DNA of 64,000 bases from Fimicolochytrium jonesii. Its lineage: Eukaryota. Location of the stretch: NCBI RefSeq assembly GCF_025526975.1, contig NW_026515696.1, forward strand, positions 248,001 through 312,000, in the 5' to 3' direction. Below the pieces are notes generated by a model, which saw only the letters and a program-made list of their open reading frames with translations, was not told the origin of the DNA and did no database searches. Position numbers and translations under genes: made by a program. Position 1 is the first letter of the stretch; every line of letters starts with the position of its first letter. Of the stretch, positions 1 to 14,554 are shown one piece after another.

Positions 1-329
1 CAACGTTTTCTCGGAGCCATACGATGCGACATTTCCGACCTTCTGTACCCTCCAGTGGTTGCACGGCAACCGCATCCACCGGTTGGAATCGCCCTGGTAA
101 TGACCGAGATCGAATCCATGAGCACTTCAGTGATGTTGTGGTGGGAATGCCTCGACATCATCCGACACTTGGCGCGCGGAATTCCAGTGTAAATCATTAT
201 CCACCGTGACGGAAGCCCGCTCTGCTTGACGCTTCCCAAAGCAATGTGACTTCTGGGAAGACTGCTCGACCATCGACAAGGCGAGCTTCACCCGCTGGAC
301 GCCGATGGGCAGACATTTGCTCGGCAACT

Positions 330-1000
330 GCGCGACATCCAACAGGTTCGAATCAAGAATTAGGAGAGGGGCATACGGGGCATTCGTATGGCGGGCTAAA
401 GTCGTTCTGGGAGAGAATGGATGGGGACGCGGCAGAAACGAAGGAGGCGAGCCGCGACGCCGACGTCCGGTACATCATGAAGTGTCTGCGTGCCATGGCA
501 ACGCACACCAGCACGTATGCATGCCATACAGAACGTGCATTCGACGCACATGCAGTGCTTCCTTTGGCCGAGGTGCCTCTTGAGCCCAAACTGCACTATG
601 GCGATTCGATGCCAGTTTCGGGCCAAGAAGAGAAAACGCCGCGGCGGGGGAAGGACGTTGAGTACAATCTGTCACCATATGTCTGCGACCACCTGTGACT
701 TCCAGGCCGGCCCCCTGCGACAATGGCAGCCGTCGCGATGGACACTGACTTAATCCCGTGAGGTCGCAGACATATGGTCACAGACTGTACCTATACAAGA
801 TATCCGGACACGAGCACGGGTGCGCAGAGAACTCCGGGCCGCTGATCAAGGCACACGAGCTCCATGCGGCAGAGAACCTCGTCAGCTTGGCCAAGACATG
901 CAAATCTCAGGCAAGGGCGCTTGCCAGGCTCAACCCAGCTCAGAAGGAGAAGATCGTCGTGCCCTCGTTCCAGGTCCATTTCCTTTTCCGCGGAATGATA
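330..1000 (+). pseudogene. Decayed PD-(D/E)xK-like nuclease-fold gene (Crinkler/REase-type); boundaries approximate
   Basis: Fragments in shifting frames with intron-like gaps: HTERAFDAHAVLPL..LHYG; GRP/CDNG after acceptor CAG705; EHGCAENSG..HAAENLVSLAKTCKSQ..KIVVPSFQV after AAG799. Family assignment is motif-based inference. Confidence 0.35.
662..790. repeat. 29-bp inverted repeat (27/29 match) with a 71-bp spacer
   Basis: gtacaatctgtcaccatatgtctgcgacc (662-690) versus the reverse complement of 762-790, gtacagtctgtgaccatatgtctgcgacc. Confidence 0.85.
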
Positions 1001-2991
1001 ACGACACTTAAAGCGTCATGGACATGTGCGAATTCTTCTTTATATACTCTGTACGAGCAATGCAGACAGTCCCGCATAGGCGAAACATCCGACGGTACTC
1101 AGAGACACCCCAGAAGAATGCAATGGCAGGCATCATGACCCCGATGAAAAAGGGGGATGTCAATCAAGCAAACTCCAACCCGCAGGCGAGAGGAGAAACT
1201 GCAAAGGAGTCCGGAAGCGGGCACCGTCCGGCTGGGCAGCGTTGAAAAGGATGACGAAGAGGTCGTAGGGAAGAGCGGAGGGCGTGTTCTGGGTCGGTTC
1301 AAAGGGGAGATGGGGATAGGATGGAGTGGCTTCGGCTTTATTGGCGTATGGGGGTGGAATAGGGTGGACTTCGCCTGAAAAGAGCCATGTGGGCTGGGAT
1401 GTGGTGGGCTACGATCAATGCTCGTCGCCGTGATGCAGAATTGCACGCCTTCATGATCGCGAATGACTGCTCGCAGCCGGCCCCCTTTTCAATACAAGTT
1501 TGCAGGAACTGCGTGGGCATTGCTGTAGCCCGTCCCGCTGTACACTGCACCTCGCCCCTGTGGCACCTCACCGGTCACATGAGTTCATCCTTCCCATCCT
1601 CGCCATTGTCCTGTATATCGCTCCTCCGCCACAGATTGTCACAGAGATTGGCTGCGATGTTAATGAGCTTCTTGGCTGTCGCCATTCGATCCTGATCAGC
1701 TCTCTGGCTTTCGTGGTGCAGGCTTCGGAGCGCTTACCCCAGCGGGTGGTGATGGAGCAACGCGCTGTCAAATTGTTACTGCGCCGACCCAAAGTCCCCG
1801 TATTTCGACAGAGTGCGTCAATGCCATGTGTAGCTGTTCTAAACCGTGGCAGCAGTCCACATACACTGTTCTAACTCCCACGTTCCCTCCAGCGATGGCT
1901 TAAGTTCTTTCAAAGCCCAAAATCTGGCTCTCGCATTGGCAAACTGCAACAAGAGGTCTGCTTGATCAAAGATGCCAGATATCTCTTCGTTGATCGTCAC
2001 GCCGGCGCTGCCATCCGTGCCCGGGATATCCAGAGAACTCTCGTTCGTGTTGTTGTTCTGGGGCACTGCACCCAAAGTTTGAGCTGATGGCAAGCATCTG
2101 TACAGAGTAGCTTTCTCGGTGGTGATGGTTTTCAGGGCTTGGTGAAGTGGGTGTGCTTTCGCAATGGGCAACGCGGGCTCTTGCTGCGCCACATCTCCGA
2201 CTTACGCGCGGCTAGCGCAGCCTCTTTCTTGGTCACGCGGCGCCAAGTCGGAGTTTTTAGGGCGCTGCCGTCGATTTACCGTGGAGATTAAACCGGTCAA
2301 CGGAAGTTCGGAGGGGAAGAGGCTCCTCCAACGCCCTGGTCCCTGGTCCCTGGTCCTCGTGCATTCTTCAGCGAACGCAAAGCCACGGCTCAGCTATTTA
2401 TGGACAACCTTACCTGAAAACCCACGGCCTGTAGTCCGCATTTGGATCCCCTATTCCCATTCATGAAAAATGGCACAACCCACAAAAGTGTCTAAAGGTG
2501 TCTTATGAGAACGACGGATGCGCGGTGGCTGATGAAGGTTGCGGAGGGCATCGACACTTCTCTCATCTTTTAGCATTTTAGCAATCCGCACACTCCGCTG
2601 ACATTTCGGGTGTCTGTCCCCATTGATTCATGCACTTTATTCGGATTTCTCAAATCCGTAGGAGACAATGCTGCGTGGGCCGCGCGAAGGGTGCAGGATG
2701 CGTAATGCCCATCCATATTCGTCCTGTGCCCTTGTCGGGCTGTCGGTCATCAGTCACCCATGGCCCTTCACACAATTTTCCTGACCCGAGGGTGCAAGGG
2801 TAATGGGCATTCGAACCCCTTGATAAGGCATAAGTCAAGGGGCGTCTCCCTTCCGCCCACTTTCGGGACGTTCCATATTTGCGAGAATAACCCATTTCTC
2901 GTAGACGCTCGACATCTGAATTGAGCAGGCCAGATACCTACATCCGCGTATCGTGAAGGTCTTTATTTCTCTTTAGCCAGCACTCTCTATC

Positions 2992-5736
<2,745 letters not shown>

Positions 5737-6126
5737 GAGCGATATTTCTGTTTCGCTTCGACGGCATGCATCGCTGCCCCTCCATGTCAAAAACCCCTCT
5801 ATCCATCCCCCTTCCTACAAATTCTTGTACCTTTCCCCCCGGGTTCCTTTTTCGGCCGTCTCCACTTCCGCTACGCTCTTGTGTAGCGTAGCTACGCTTT
5901 CTTTCTTTATACCAATATAACCACCTTTTTCGGAAACTGCGCAACTGTCGGGATTATTGGCATCTGCCGACGAAGACTGGCCTGGACTGTGCCCTTGACA
6001 CCTCCAAAGGCCCACTGAAAAGGGATGCGAAGAAGGTTATGCTTATCAGGGTATCAAACGGGTTGATGCAATCCGATCCAAACATCAACGTATATATTTT
6101 TGTATGGCTCTATCCAAACATCGAAG

Positions 6127-6199
6127 GCCCGATTAGCTCAATCGGCAGAGCGTGCGGCTTTTAACCGCAAGGTCGCGGGTTCGAGCCCCGCATCGGGCT
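6127..6199 (+). tRNA. tRNA-Lys(TTT)
   Basis: Cloverleaf: acceptor GCCCGAT/ATCGGGC, D arm TAGCTCAATCGGCAGAGC, anticodon arm TGCGG-CTTTTAA-CCGCA, T loop GGTTCGAGCC. T-run at about 6223. Confidence 0.96.
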
Positions 6200-6343
6200 C
6201 TCTTTCTGGCAGAGTGGTATCGTTTTTGCCTTTTTGCCCTTCACGCATTTGTGCACACACGTCATCGATGCCCACGTTCTCTCCTGTGCAAGTCTCCGCT
6301 TGTTTCCCAAACGTTTAATCTCTTACGACAATAACCCAGAAAG

Positions 6344-7257
6344 ATGCCCAGCACACTGGACTTCATCAACAAGCCGCTCGTCACCGCCGTTGGCGTGCCC
6401 CTCGTCCTCGGGATGGCCATGGGGACCATCTCCCGCCGACCGGTGCAGACGTGGTATAGGACCATCAACAAGCCGAGGTAGCGTGGCTTCTTGTTGACGG
6501 AAGATGTGTGAAAAGGAGCTGCTCGACTGGTTGACTGATTTCTTGTGTGACTGGTTTCAGCTGGACTCCACCGAACTGGGCTTTTCCTGTGGTACGTGTC
6601 TCGAGGTGGGAGGGGCTCCGGGCGTCCTTTGTTTCCGGGGACGTGAAGGCGACGAAGCATGTGGAAATGGAAAGAATGGCCTGGCAGGTGCTGCGGGGAA
6701 GAGCGCCTCGGGGCCTGCAGGCGTCAAGACACGTCCGTTCCATGGTCCCGAAGCTGCGGGAACCAGTGGGCCTGTGTACAGGCGAGGAGCCCTGGACGCA
6801 ACCACATGATTGCGATGCTATGTTCTCCGTTGGGAGCATTTCCGAGTCATCCATTTGCTCTTACCCAAGCTCACCCTCTGAACGCAAACAACAGGCCTGG
6901 ACTTCGCTCTACGCTGCCATGGGCTACTCCTCCTACCTCATCTACCGCGCCGGCCTCGCACGCCCTTTCCTTGACACCACCACCCCGCTCCGTCTCTACG
7001 CCGCCCAACTCGCGCTCAATATCGCCTGGACGCCCATCTTCTTCGGAACGGCCAATTTCGGTCTCGCCACCGCCGACATCCTCGCGTTGCTCGGCACGCT
7101 CGTCGCCACGACGGTCGAGTTCAGCAAGATCGATACCTTCGCGGCGTGGTTGCTGGTGCCGTATGTGGCGTGGGTGTCCTATGCGTCGGCGATGACGGTT
7201 TGGATTTGGAGGAATAACCCGAAGAAGGGTCGGGATGTGAGGAGGAAAGGGTTGTAG
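6344..7257 (+). CDS. TSPO: TspO/MBR family translocator protein; 3 exons
   Basis: Exons 6344-6477, 6561-6591, 6895-7257. Spliced product contains WYRTINKPSWTPPNWAFPVAWTSLY..MG, QLALNIAWTPIFFG and LLVPYVAWVSYA, the TspO signatures. Confidence 0.93.
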
Positions 7258-7615
7258 AATACCTTGAGGCGTATGTACTCTTCTCCCATCTGGCGTACGA
7301 TTTTGAATGTTCTACGTTCCGTGCATATTATATGCTATATCTTAGTACTGCGTAGTTCCAGATTTCGCTGCTACTGTAAGCTAAACCATCGCGCCGGCCC
7401 TTCCTCGGCTCCTCCGTCGTGAGTAACTGGCGAGGTGCGCGAAAGCGAGCTGCATGGCGTCCTTCCCGCGAACTTTCGTCACGGCGGAAGCAGGTGCCAA
7501 AGTCCAGCCTTCAAAAAATGCGGGACGGGCGACCTGTTATGAGGAGAAAGCTGTCAGACTGTCGGCACTAGGTATTACCATTATCTGTCTATCCCACGGA
7601 CCCAGAATAACAACA

Positions 7616-7688
7616 GCCCGGTTAGCTCAATCGGCAGAGCGTGAGGCTCTTAACCTCAAGGTTGCGGGTTCGACCCCCGCATCGGGCT
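7616..7688 (+). tRNA. tRNA-Lys(CTT)
   Basis: GCCCGGT/ATCGGGC acceptor, anticodon arm TGAGG-CTCTTAA-CCTCA, GGTTCGACCC. T-run Pol III terminator immediately downstream. Confidence 0.96.
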
Positions 7689-8500
7689 ATTTTTCTTTTT
7701 CGCATTTTGCTTTCCCCTGTGTACAGTATGTTCATCAGTTCGCCCATTTTTCGTTTTGCTCTAAGTGGGCTGCGGCCATGCCGCCGCACAAGTTCTATTC
7801 CCTGTCCTCGATGTTGGCATCCGGTTTTGCTCTCCCATTCTTTTACGGCTCATCCAGAACCCCGTCAGCTTGTAATGTTCGGGATGTATGAGTAGCTCGC
7901 GGCCTGCTCGCGGCCTTTCCCACTTCTCCGTAACGTTCGCCGATCCCCGTCCTGATGTCCAACGGTCCCTCAAACTGTTGAGCGACGAATGCTCACCTGG
8001 GTCGGAGTCACCTCCGCGCGTTGCATGAACTCATCTGCGGAGCAGCGAGCGTTCACTGATAAGGACGAGAAGATCGAATGCACGGGGCATACTTAGGACC
8101 CCATTTTACAACGGCCGAACACTGCACTCTGTGTCCCTCGCAAACCCTCCGTTCGTTTGTTCCCATACCTGCACAGATGGTGAGCGTCGGTGCCGTATTG
8201 TAGCGTTCGACTTCGCTTACGCGTCCGAGGCTTCTTTCGCGTCGTGTCCCAACCGGCACTGACGTAACCGGACGTAACAGACCTCCCCCATGAAGTCGGT
8301 TTAATGTCTTTCTCCTCGACCTTGAAGGTCAATTGAATCATCTGCCTACAATAAGGCTTCCAGAGCAACTTGTTCACCTCAGCACCGAAAGCACTCCAGT
8401 CCTTAACTGAAACAACCAGAGCTCCGATCCCCCCCACCGACCATTGAGCGCACTCGGCATTTACACACTTTCACCCCACCGTCAACCCGCCAACCCCAAT

Positions 8501-8806
8501 ATGCGTCTCCCAACCACCGCATCCATCCGCCTCCTCCCAACCTACCGCACCATCACCCACACCACCAGTCTCTCCTTCAAATCCAAATCACCGCAACCAG
8601 CAACCCACATCCCACCCCGTAACACCCCGGGACCCACCCCTGGCAAACCCAGCAGTATCCCGCCCCACGGCAAGGGAATGGACCCGCCCGACGAAGCGAT
8701 GTCGTTGAAGAATGAGGGGAAGAAGCCGGAGATGGGGTATCGGGAGGAGAGGAAGAAGGAGGAGGAGGAGAAGAACGGGGATGTTAAGAGGGGGTGGGTG
8801 CAGTAG
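8501..8806 (+). CDS. Small hypothetical protein (101 aa), possible mitochondrial presequence
   Basis: ATG..TAG ORF. N-terminus MRLPTTASIRLLPTYRTITH is R/S/T-rich and acid-free; charged C-terminus. Shows the same C-rich-to-G-rich codon skew as the real exons here. Confidence 0.5.
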   Translation: MRLPTTASIRLLPTYRTITHTTSLSFKSKSPQPATHIPPRNTPGPTPGKPSSIPPHGKGMDPPDEAMSLKNEGKKPEMGYREERKKEEEEKNGDVKRGWVQ

Positions 8807-9159
8807 GCGTGGTGAGAATCGGAGAGTAGCTTTTTGGGATGAGAGTTCACAGATGATAGGTTTGAGATGAACGGGGGAGCGGATGCAGGGATGGGAAATG
8901 GGGTGGTGGAGGGTCCCGCAGCGCAAAGGGTTTTGCTGCCATTTCATGAAGATTGCTGCTGGATGGGACCAAATGCTTGTATATACTTCGTTACTCTGGG
9001 AATGGAGAGGCATATCTTGATCCATGTGCTTTGCCAGTGGATGGTAACGAATTGATTCAACTTGACCAGCTTTGATCAGGGACTCTGATATGACCTGGAT
9101 GCTCGCCCAAAAAGAAAATCACTGGAAGAAGTTGTGGGGACCAAAAGGAAAAGAAACAT

Positions 9160-9232
9160 AGCCCGATGCGGGGGTCGAACCCGCAACCTTGAGGTTAAGA
9201 GCCTCACGCTCTACCGATTGAGCTAACCGGGC
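9160..9232 (-). tRNA. tRNA-Lys(CTT)
   Basis: Reverse complement is identical to 7616-7688 except one D-loop base (GGTAGAGC vs GGCAGAGC). T-runs follow on the minus strand. Confidence 0.96.
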
Positions 9233-10223
9233 TTTTTGATGTTCGGGTCTGAAACTTTGGGTACACAAAGGTAACAATTTGAGATTTCGGCCACGTTTAT
9301 CACGAACGCGTGGATGGTGTCCGAAAGGATCGAAGATCGAGATGCGTAGCGTGTGGGGGCAACCCTAACAACTTGAAATGTTGCGAGAGCTTTATATATA
9401 ACGTGAGTACTGTACCGTATATCTACTAGCCTCCCACCGGCCATTCGTCCATGCCAACATCGACTGCCGCAGTGTCTTGCTGGATCTGGGCGAACCAATA
9501 CCGGCAGAAATGGCTTTCGCACTTTCCAGCAAGGTTCCGTTCATCCCTGGGGGGCCAAGGGCGCACGCACGCGTAGGTACTGCGCGTTGTCCAAACAACA
9601 AATAGACTTTTCGCGCGGTGTTAATAGCGGGCGGCATGGCTGTCACATGGACTGTGCGCTGTGATATTGACAGCTACTCTCACCGACATTTGTATTATGA
9701 GACCCCCATTGCCCAAGGGCCCTCCACATGTCATATTGGGGCCGTCGCCGTCGCCGTTACTGAGTAGGATCAAAAGTTGCAATACAGAGAAGGGGGTCAA
9801 GGGATGTTTGCTGTCTACCGCAACGATTGCAATAAGACCTGCCGGGCGTCCAACTTACTCGAGAGTAAACATCCCATACCACAACGGCACCGCTCAGTTG
9901 TAAACTCCGCAACCGGGGAAACCTGCAGCAACTTCAGAAACTCCCGCCGCCTCCGCTGCCTCCGCTCTTGGGAGACGAACCACGCTTCGCCAACGCCCTA
10001 CTGGGAATTGTCGAGGTGCTTGCACGGCAACCACATTCTTGGCGGGTGTGTGCGGAACCTCAAAGCGTATAGCTGAAGTTGCATAAAGGGCAGTCGGGTT
10101 GCATTGTGTCGCCGCCGTCATCACTCCCTCCTCCGACGCGCCAACTGTTCTCCAATACGCAGTTACATTTACTACCCACATTCCAGTTTAGCACTCTGAC
10201 GACAACCTCGTTGAGACACAGCA

Positions 10224-13182
10224 ATGGCGGAACCAAGTCCAGTAAGGAGTGGTGTCTCGCGCCAGACCTCCTTTATAGGAGACTTCCTCAACAACCTCGC
10301 CAGCCCAAGCTCGCCCGGTTTCGACCCGGTCACCCCAGGCTTCGAAGATGACGCTTTCGACGAAGAAGGCAACTTCAAAACCGACCTTCCTTCATCAATG
10401 TCACCGTCCGTCGACGCCAAAGGCAATCCCACGTTAGTCCCGACGCACGGACCAGACCCTCACCGTCAATCCCAATCATTCGATGCGTTGCAACGCCCGC
10501 CATCCCCGCCATCCAGTTCCCACCACGGCGACGAACAACCTGCTGTCCGCGAAGAGTTCCTGGCAAACCTCCCAGACGAATGGCCTCTGGAGAGGGACGA
10601 AGCGTTAGATCCCGGAACAGACACGGAGGACGAGTTCGTGGGCGAGATGGTTGATGCGTGTAAAGGCAAGGGCGAGAGCAGGATCAGAAAGGCGTTGCGA
10701 CCCGCCAGTCACGTGCGGACGTCGTTTTTGAGCTTCCTGGGTGGATCGACGCCAACGCAGAGCTTGATATTCCTCGTGCTCCGTTGGCCGCTGTTGATCC
10801 TGTTTTGCGCTTTCATTCTGTTTGATTTGATATGCTACATTGCTGTCCGGCAATGGGTTCGGTGGTATGAGTGGGCGATTACGTGGCGCGGACATCGCCG
10901 GATCTTGCGCAAGAAGTTGAACGAGTCCAAAAATTATGAGGTAAGTTGTTGCGTACTGGAGTCGTCCGCTGTCATCCGCCGTACCACATATAGTTGACGC
11001 ATTCCCACCACAGGAATACAAAGAAAACGCCACGATCCTCGACGACTACCTTCAAAACACTGAATGGAAATCCATCGAAGCCTCCCCACACTACGACGTC
11101 CGCCTCATCCAACGCACGACCCGCCGCCTCAAACGCAACCGCACCCTCATCCAATCTTCGCAAACCCGCCCGCAGGACGCAACCTCCGCCAGCATCAGCG
11201 GTCTCGCCACTGCCACACGTGAGATCGTCTCCATCATCCAGCACGGCGCTTGCAAAACCAACTTTGGGAATGTTGAGAACGAGGCCTTGTACAGTTATAC
11301 ATACTTCGGCACGAAGAAGTTGGTGGAGGAGTATATTGAGGAGCTGTGCGAATCGATTGATTGTGTGGCTGACTCGCCGGTGCTGGCCCTGGAGGAGAAA
11401 CATGATATTTTGAGGAAGGCGGCACATAGTTATGGACGGACGGCGCTTTGTTTGAGCGGAGGGGCGACGTTGGGTTATTATCATTGTGAGTTGGGGGGTG
11501 GCCTTTGCACATTTGGGGTTGTCTCACGCGGTGCTAACGGACATCATCTATCCTTGCAGTCGGTTTGTAGCGTCTTCATTGCGGTACTCGATCTCCGCCG
11601 CTGCTTGCTCATACTCGTATATTACACAGGTGTCGCAAAGGCTCTCTTCGAACAAGGGCTTCTCCCGACCGTTATAACCGGGACCAGCGCCGGAAGCTTG
11701 ATTGGTGAGTGACCAACCAACGCGCCACATTCAGCCGACGTACGTAGAGAACTCAACCCTTGCTTCCTCTTTCTAGCGGCGATATTGTGCACGCGAACAG
11801 ACAAAGAGCTGGTGGAGGAAGTTTTTACGCCCAATATTTCGAAATTGTTGACGGCGTGCGAGCCGACTTACATTGTAAGTTGAGCGAGAAACGAGACGCT
11901 GACATACTTGTGCTGATTGGTGTCCGTTTGTATCATTTGCAGGAACGCTTCAAGAGACTTTACCGCACAGGCGCCATGTTTGATCATCGGGAATGGTTTC
12001 AGCGGCTCATCTTGGCGTTGAGGGGTACGTGTAGCATGCAATCAGAGCAATCATCCAAAAACGCAGACACCAGGACTAACCAGCCCGAACCGTGCAGGCC
12101 CACTAACCTTCCTCGAAGCCTACCAACGCACTGGCCGCATCCTCAATATCGCCATCGTTCCCGACGAACCCCACTCCCCCTACAAACTCTGCAACTACAT
12201 CACCACCCCGCACGTCATCATCGCCACCGCCTGCATCGCCTCCTCAGCCGTCCCCGGCGTGCTCAACCCGGTGGAACTGCTCATGAAGAACCCGGAAACG
12301 GGAGAAATCGTACCCTTCCATGGATCTGGACGCAAGTGGAGGGATGGGAGCTTGATGATGGATATACCCGAGAGGGAATTGAATAGGCTGTGGAACGTGA
12401 ATTTCACGATTGTGAGCCAGGTCAATCCGCATATTGTCATGTTCTTTTTTGATCGGAGGGGGAGTTGCGGGAATCCGACGGCGCATCGGCATGGGAGGGG
12501 GTGGTGAGTTGTTGTGCCCTGATTGTGGACGTTTTTTTAGAGTACGGGTCGTCACCCATGTACTCACTTTCTTTCTTTCGCAGGCGCGGCGGTTTCATAG
12601 CCTCAGCTCTAGTGCAACACTTTAAACTCGACCTCCAAAAATGGATGAGTCTACGTATGTTGGCTTCAATCGTCAACCTTCGTCCATCAACACACTAATT
12701 CCGTCCCTTTCCTCTCCCCACCAGTAAAAGACTTCCAACTCCTCCCCCGCATCCTCGGCACCGACGTCTCCGACGTCTTCCTCCAACGCTTCGAAGGCTC
12801 CGTCACCATCGTCCCCCGCCCAACCCTCCAAGACTTCAAGTTCATCCTCACCGACCCGACCTACGACCGCATGGAGATGTACATCGAGAAGGGCGAGCAG
12901 CGCACATGGAGTAAGATCGAGATGGTGCGCCAGCGGATGAGGTTCGAGAAGAAGATTGGGGAGGCGAGGCGGCGGGTGCCGAGGTTGGAGAGGGGGCACT
13001 TGCAGAGGAGGGAGAGCTCGGTTAGTGCGGTGACGAATAATTGGGCGGGGAGTGTGGGGTCGGGAGGCGGGCAAGGGCAGGTGAACGGGTATAGTGGGAG
13101 TGGGATGACGGTGGGGGGCACGGTACAGAGTAGGAGGTCGGCGAGGAAGTTGCCGTCGCATATGGATGTTCATGCGGAGTAA
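10224..13182 (+). CDS. Patatin-like triacylglycerol lipase (Tgl3/4/5, SDP1-like); 9 exons including a 3-nt microexon
   Basis: Exons 10224-10940, 11014-11485, 11560-11562, 11630-11704, 11777-11874, 11943-12024, 12098-12503, 12584-12654, 12725-13182. Motifs YGRTALCLSGGA, HFGV, GTSAGS, LTFLEAYQRTGRILN, KWRDGS, NFTIVSQVNPH; N-terminal TM segment. Confidence 0.93.
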
Positions 13183-14554
13183 ACGAAGGCGAGGATTTTC
13201 TGGAAACGGATCCCACCCTATCATGGTCGTGGAGTATCCCATTGCGCCAGGAGGACACCACACCCGCCTATCACTGTCGGCTACCACCTCACTTTCAACG
13301 GTCATGTACACCAACCATGCGGACCGACGTACGCACACCATCTTCATCAGTCTCCCAAACATGAACAAACGGATCTCCGCCCCAAGACTCCCTCAAATAC
13401 CCCGCATATACAGTACATTCCGCCCCAACATATATCCCCCCTAATATGCGATTTTCATGAATGGTAATAGTAATTTAGGTATCTTTTGTATGTACATAGA
13501 AGACAAAGGTGGTGGTGGGACATTGAGACGATATTTCTTTGTCTACGGATCCACGAGAACGAAAGTTTGTCGGAGCTATTTTTCTGATGGTCGTGTGGGA
13601 CTGAACACGCTGCGAGACCTCAAGATGGGGCGAGTAGATGCGTAGGTGCCGCCCTTGCTCTGTTGCGCGTCACCCAGGGCTGGAAGCCGTCTACTCCCGT
13701 CTATGGCCGTTTGGAGCGACGTACCCAATCTCACATGGACTTCGTGATCTGGAGCCCAGCTTTCAATACTGAAATTGAATTACGACATGTGCCTAGGCGT
13801 CACGGCATCCGGAGTCGATATGTGTATCGGTAGGCACGGCGGCAACGCCTCGCCGGTCAAGATTGAAGACGATATTGCATCCAGTCGGTTGCGTCCGCTG
13901 TACCACTCGTACAACAGTCAGATTTATGCAGTTGCTGACACATTCTGCGCTTAGTCGTCGGTTGGTCGTCGGTGCCAGAACCATCCCGCCCTATGAGAAT
14001 CGCCCGCCGCTTTTCACCCGAATACGGAATTACGAACAGCTCTGAGACGGACACCCCGCTGGTGACCGACCCCACCTGCTCGGACGGGCTAACCATCGCC
14101 CACCACGGCGAAGTTGAATGGCTAGCCCTACGGCTATGATGGGTACGAGGTCATCGTCCCCGCCGGCTACCAACCAATCTCTTCTCCGGTCCGCCGACAG
14201 GCGGTCGACCAACAGGATCTCATCATCGACCAATTGGATGCGATGCGGCGGTTGTACCGCGGTTTGAAAAGTGAGGTATCGAACCTACAGCATCGGACGG
14301 CATGTGGTCAGCGCCAGGTCTCATGGGTCACGGACAGCAGGATTCCCAGAACTTGTATAGTCTTCTGATGGAACGTTTGTAGAAGGACATGGGCAACATA
14401 CGAGGTGATGTAATGGAAAGGCACGGGCACAGTGGAGGAACGACATTCGGACAGGGTCGTGCCCCTGGCAGACTCCGATCCACTGCTGCCAATGCAATCG
14501 ATTTTCAATACATCTGTCCCACAGATCAGGTAGAACCCTGTTCGAGGAGGACCT

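Noticed and set aside
1580..2190. Minus-strand protein-like fragments
   Set aside because: Multiple stops and no recognisable family; probably a remnant but not supportable.
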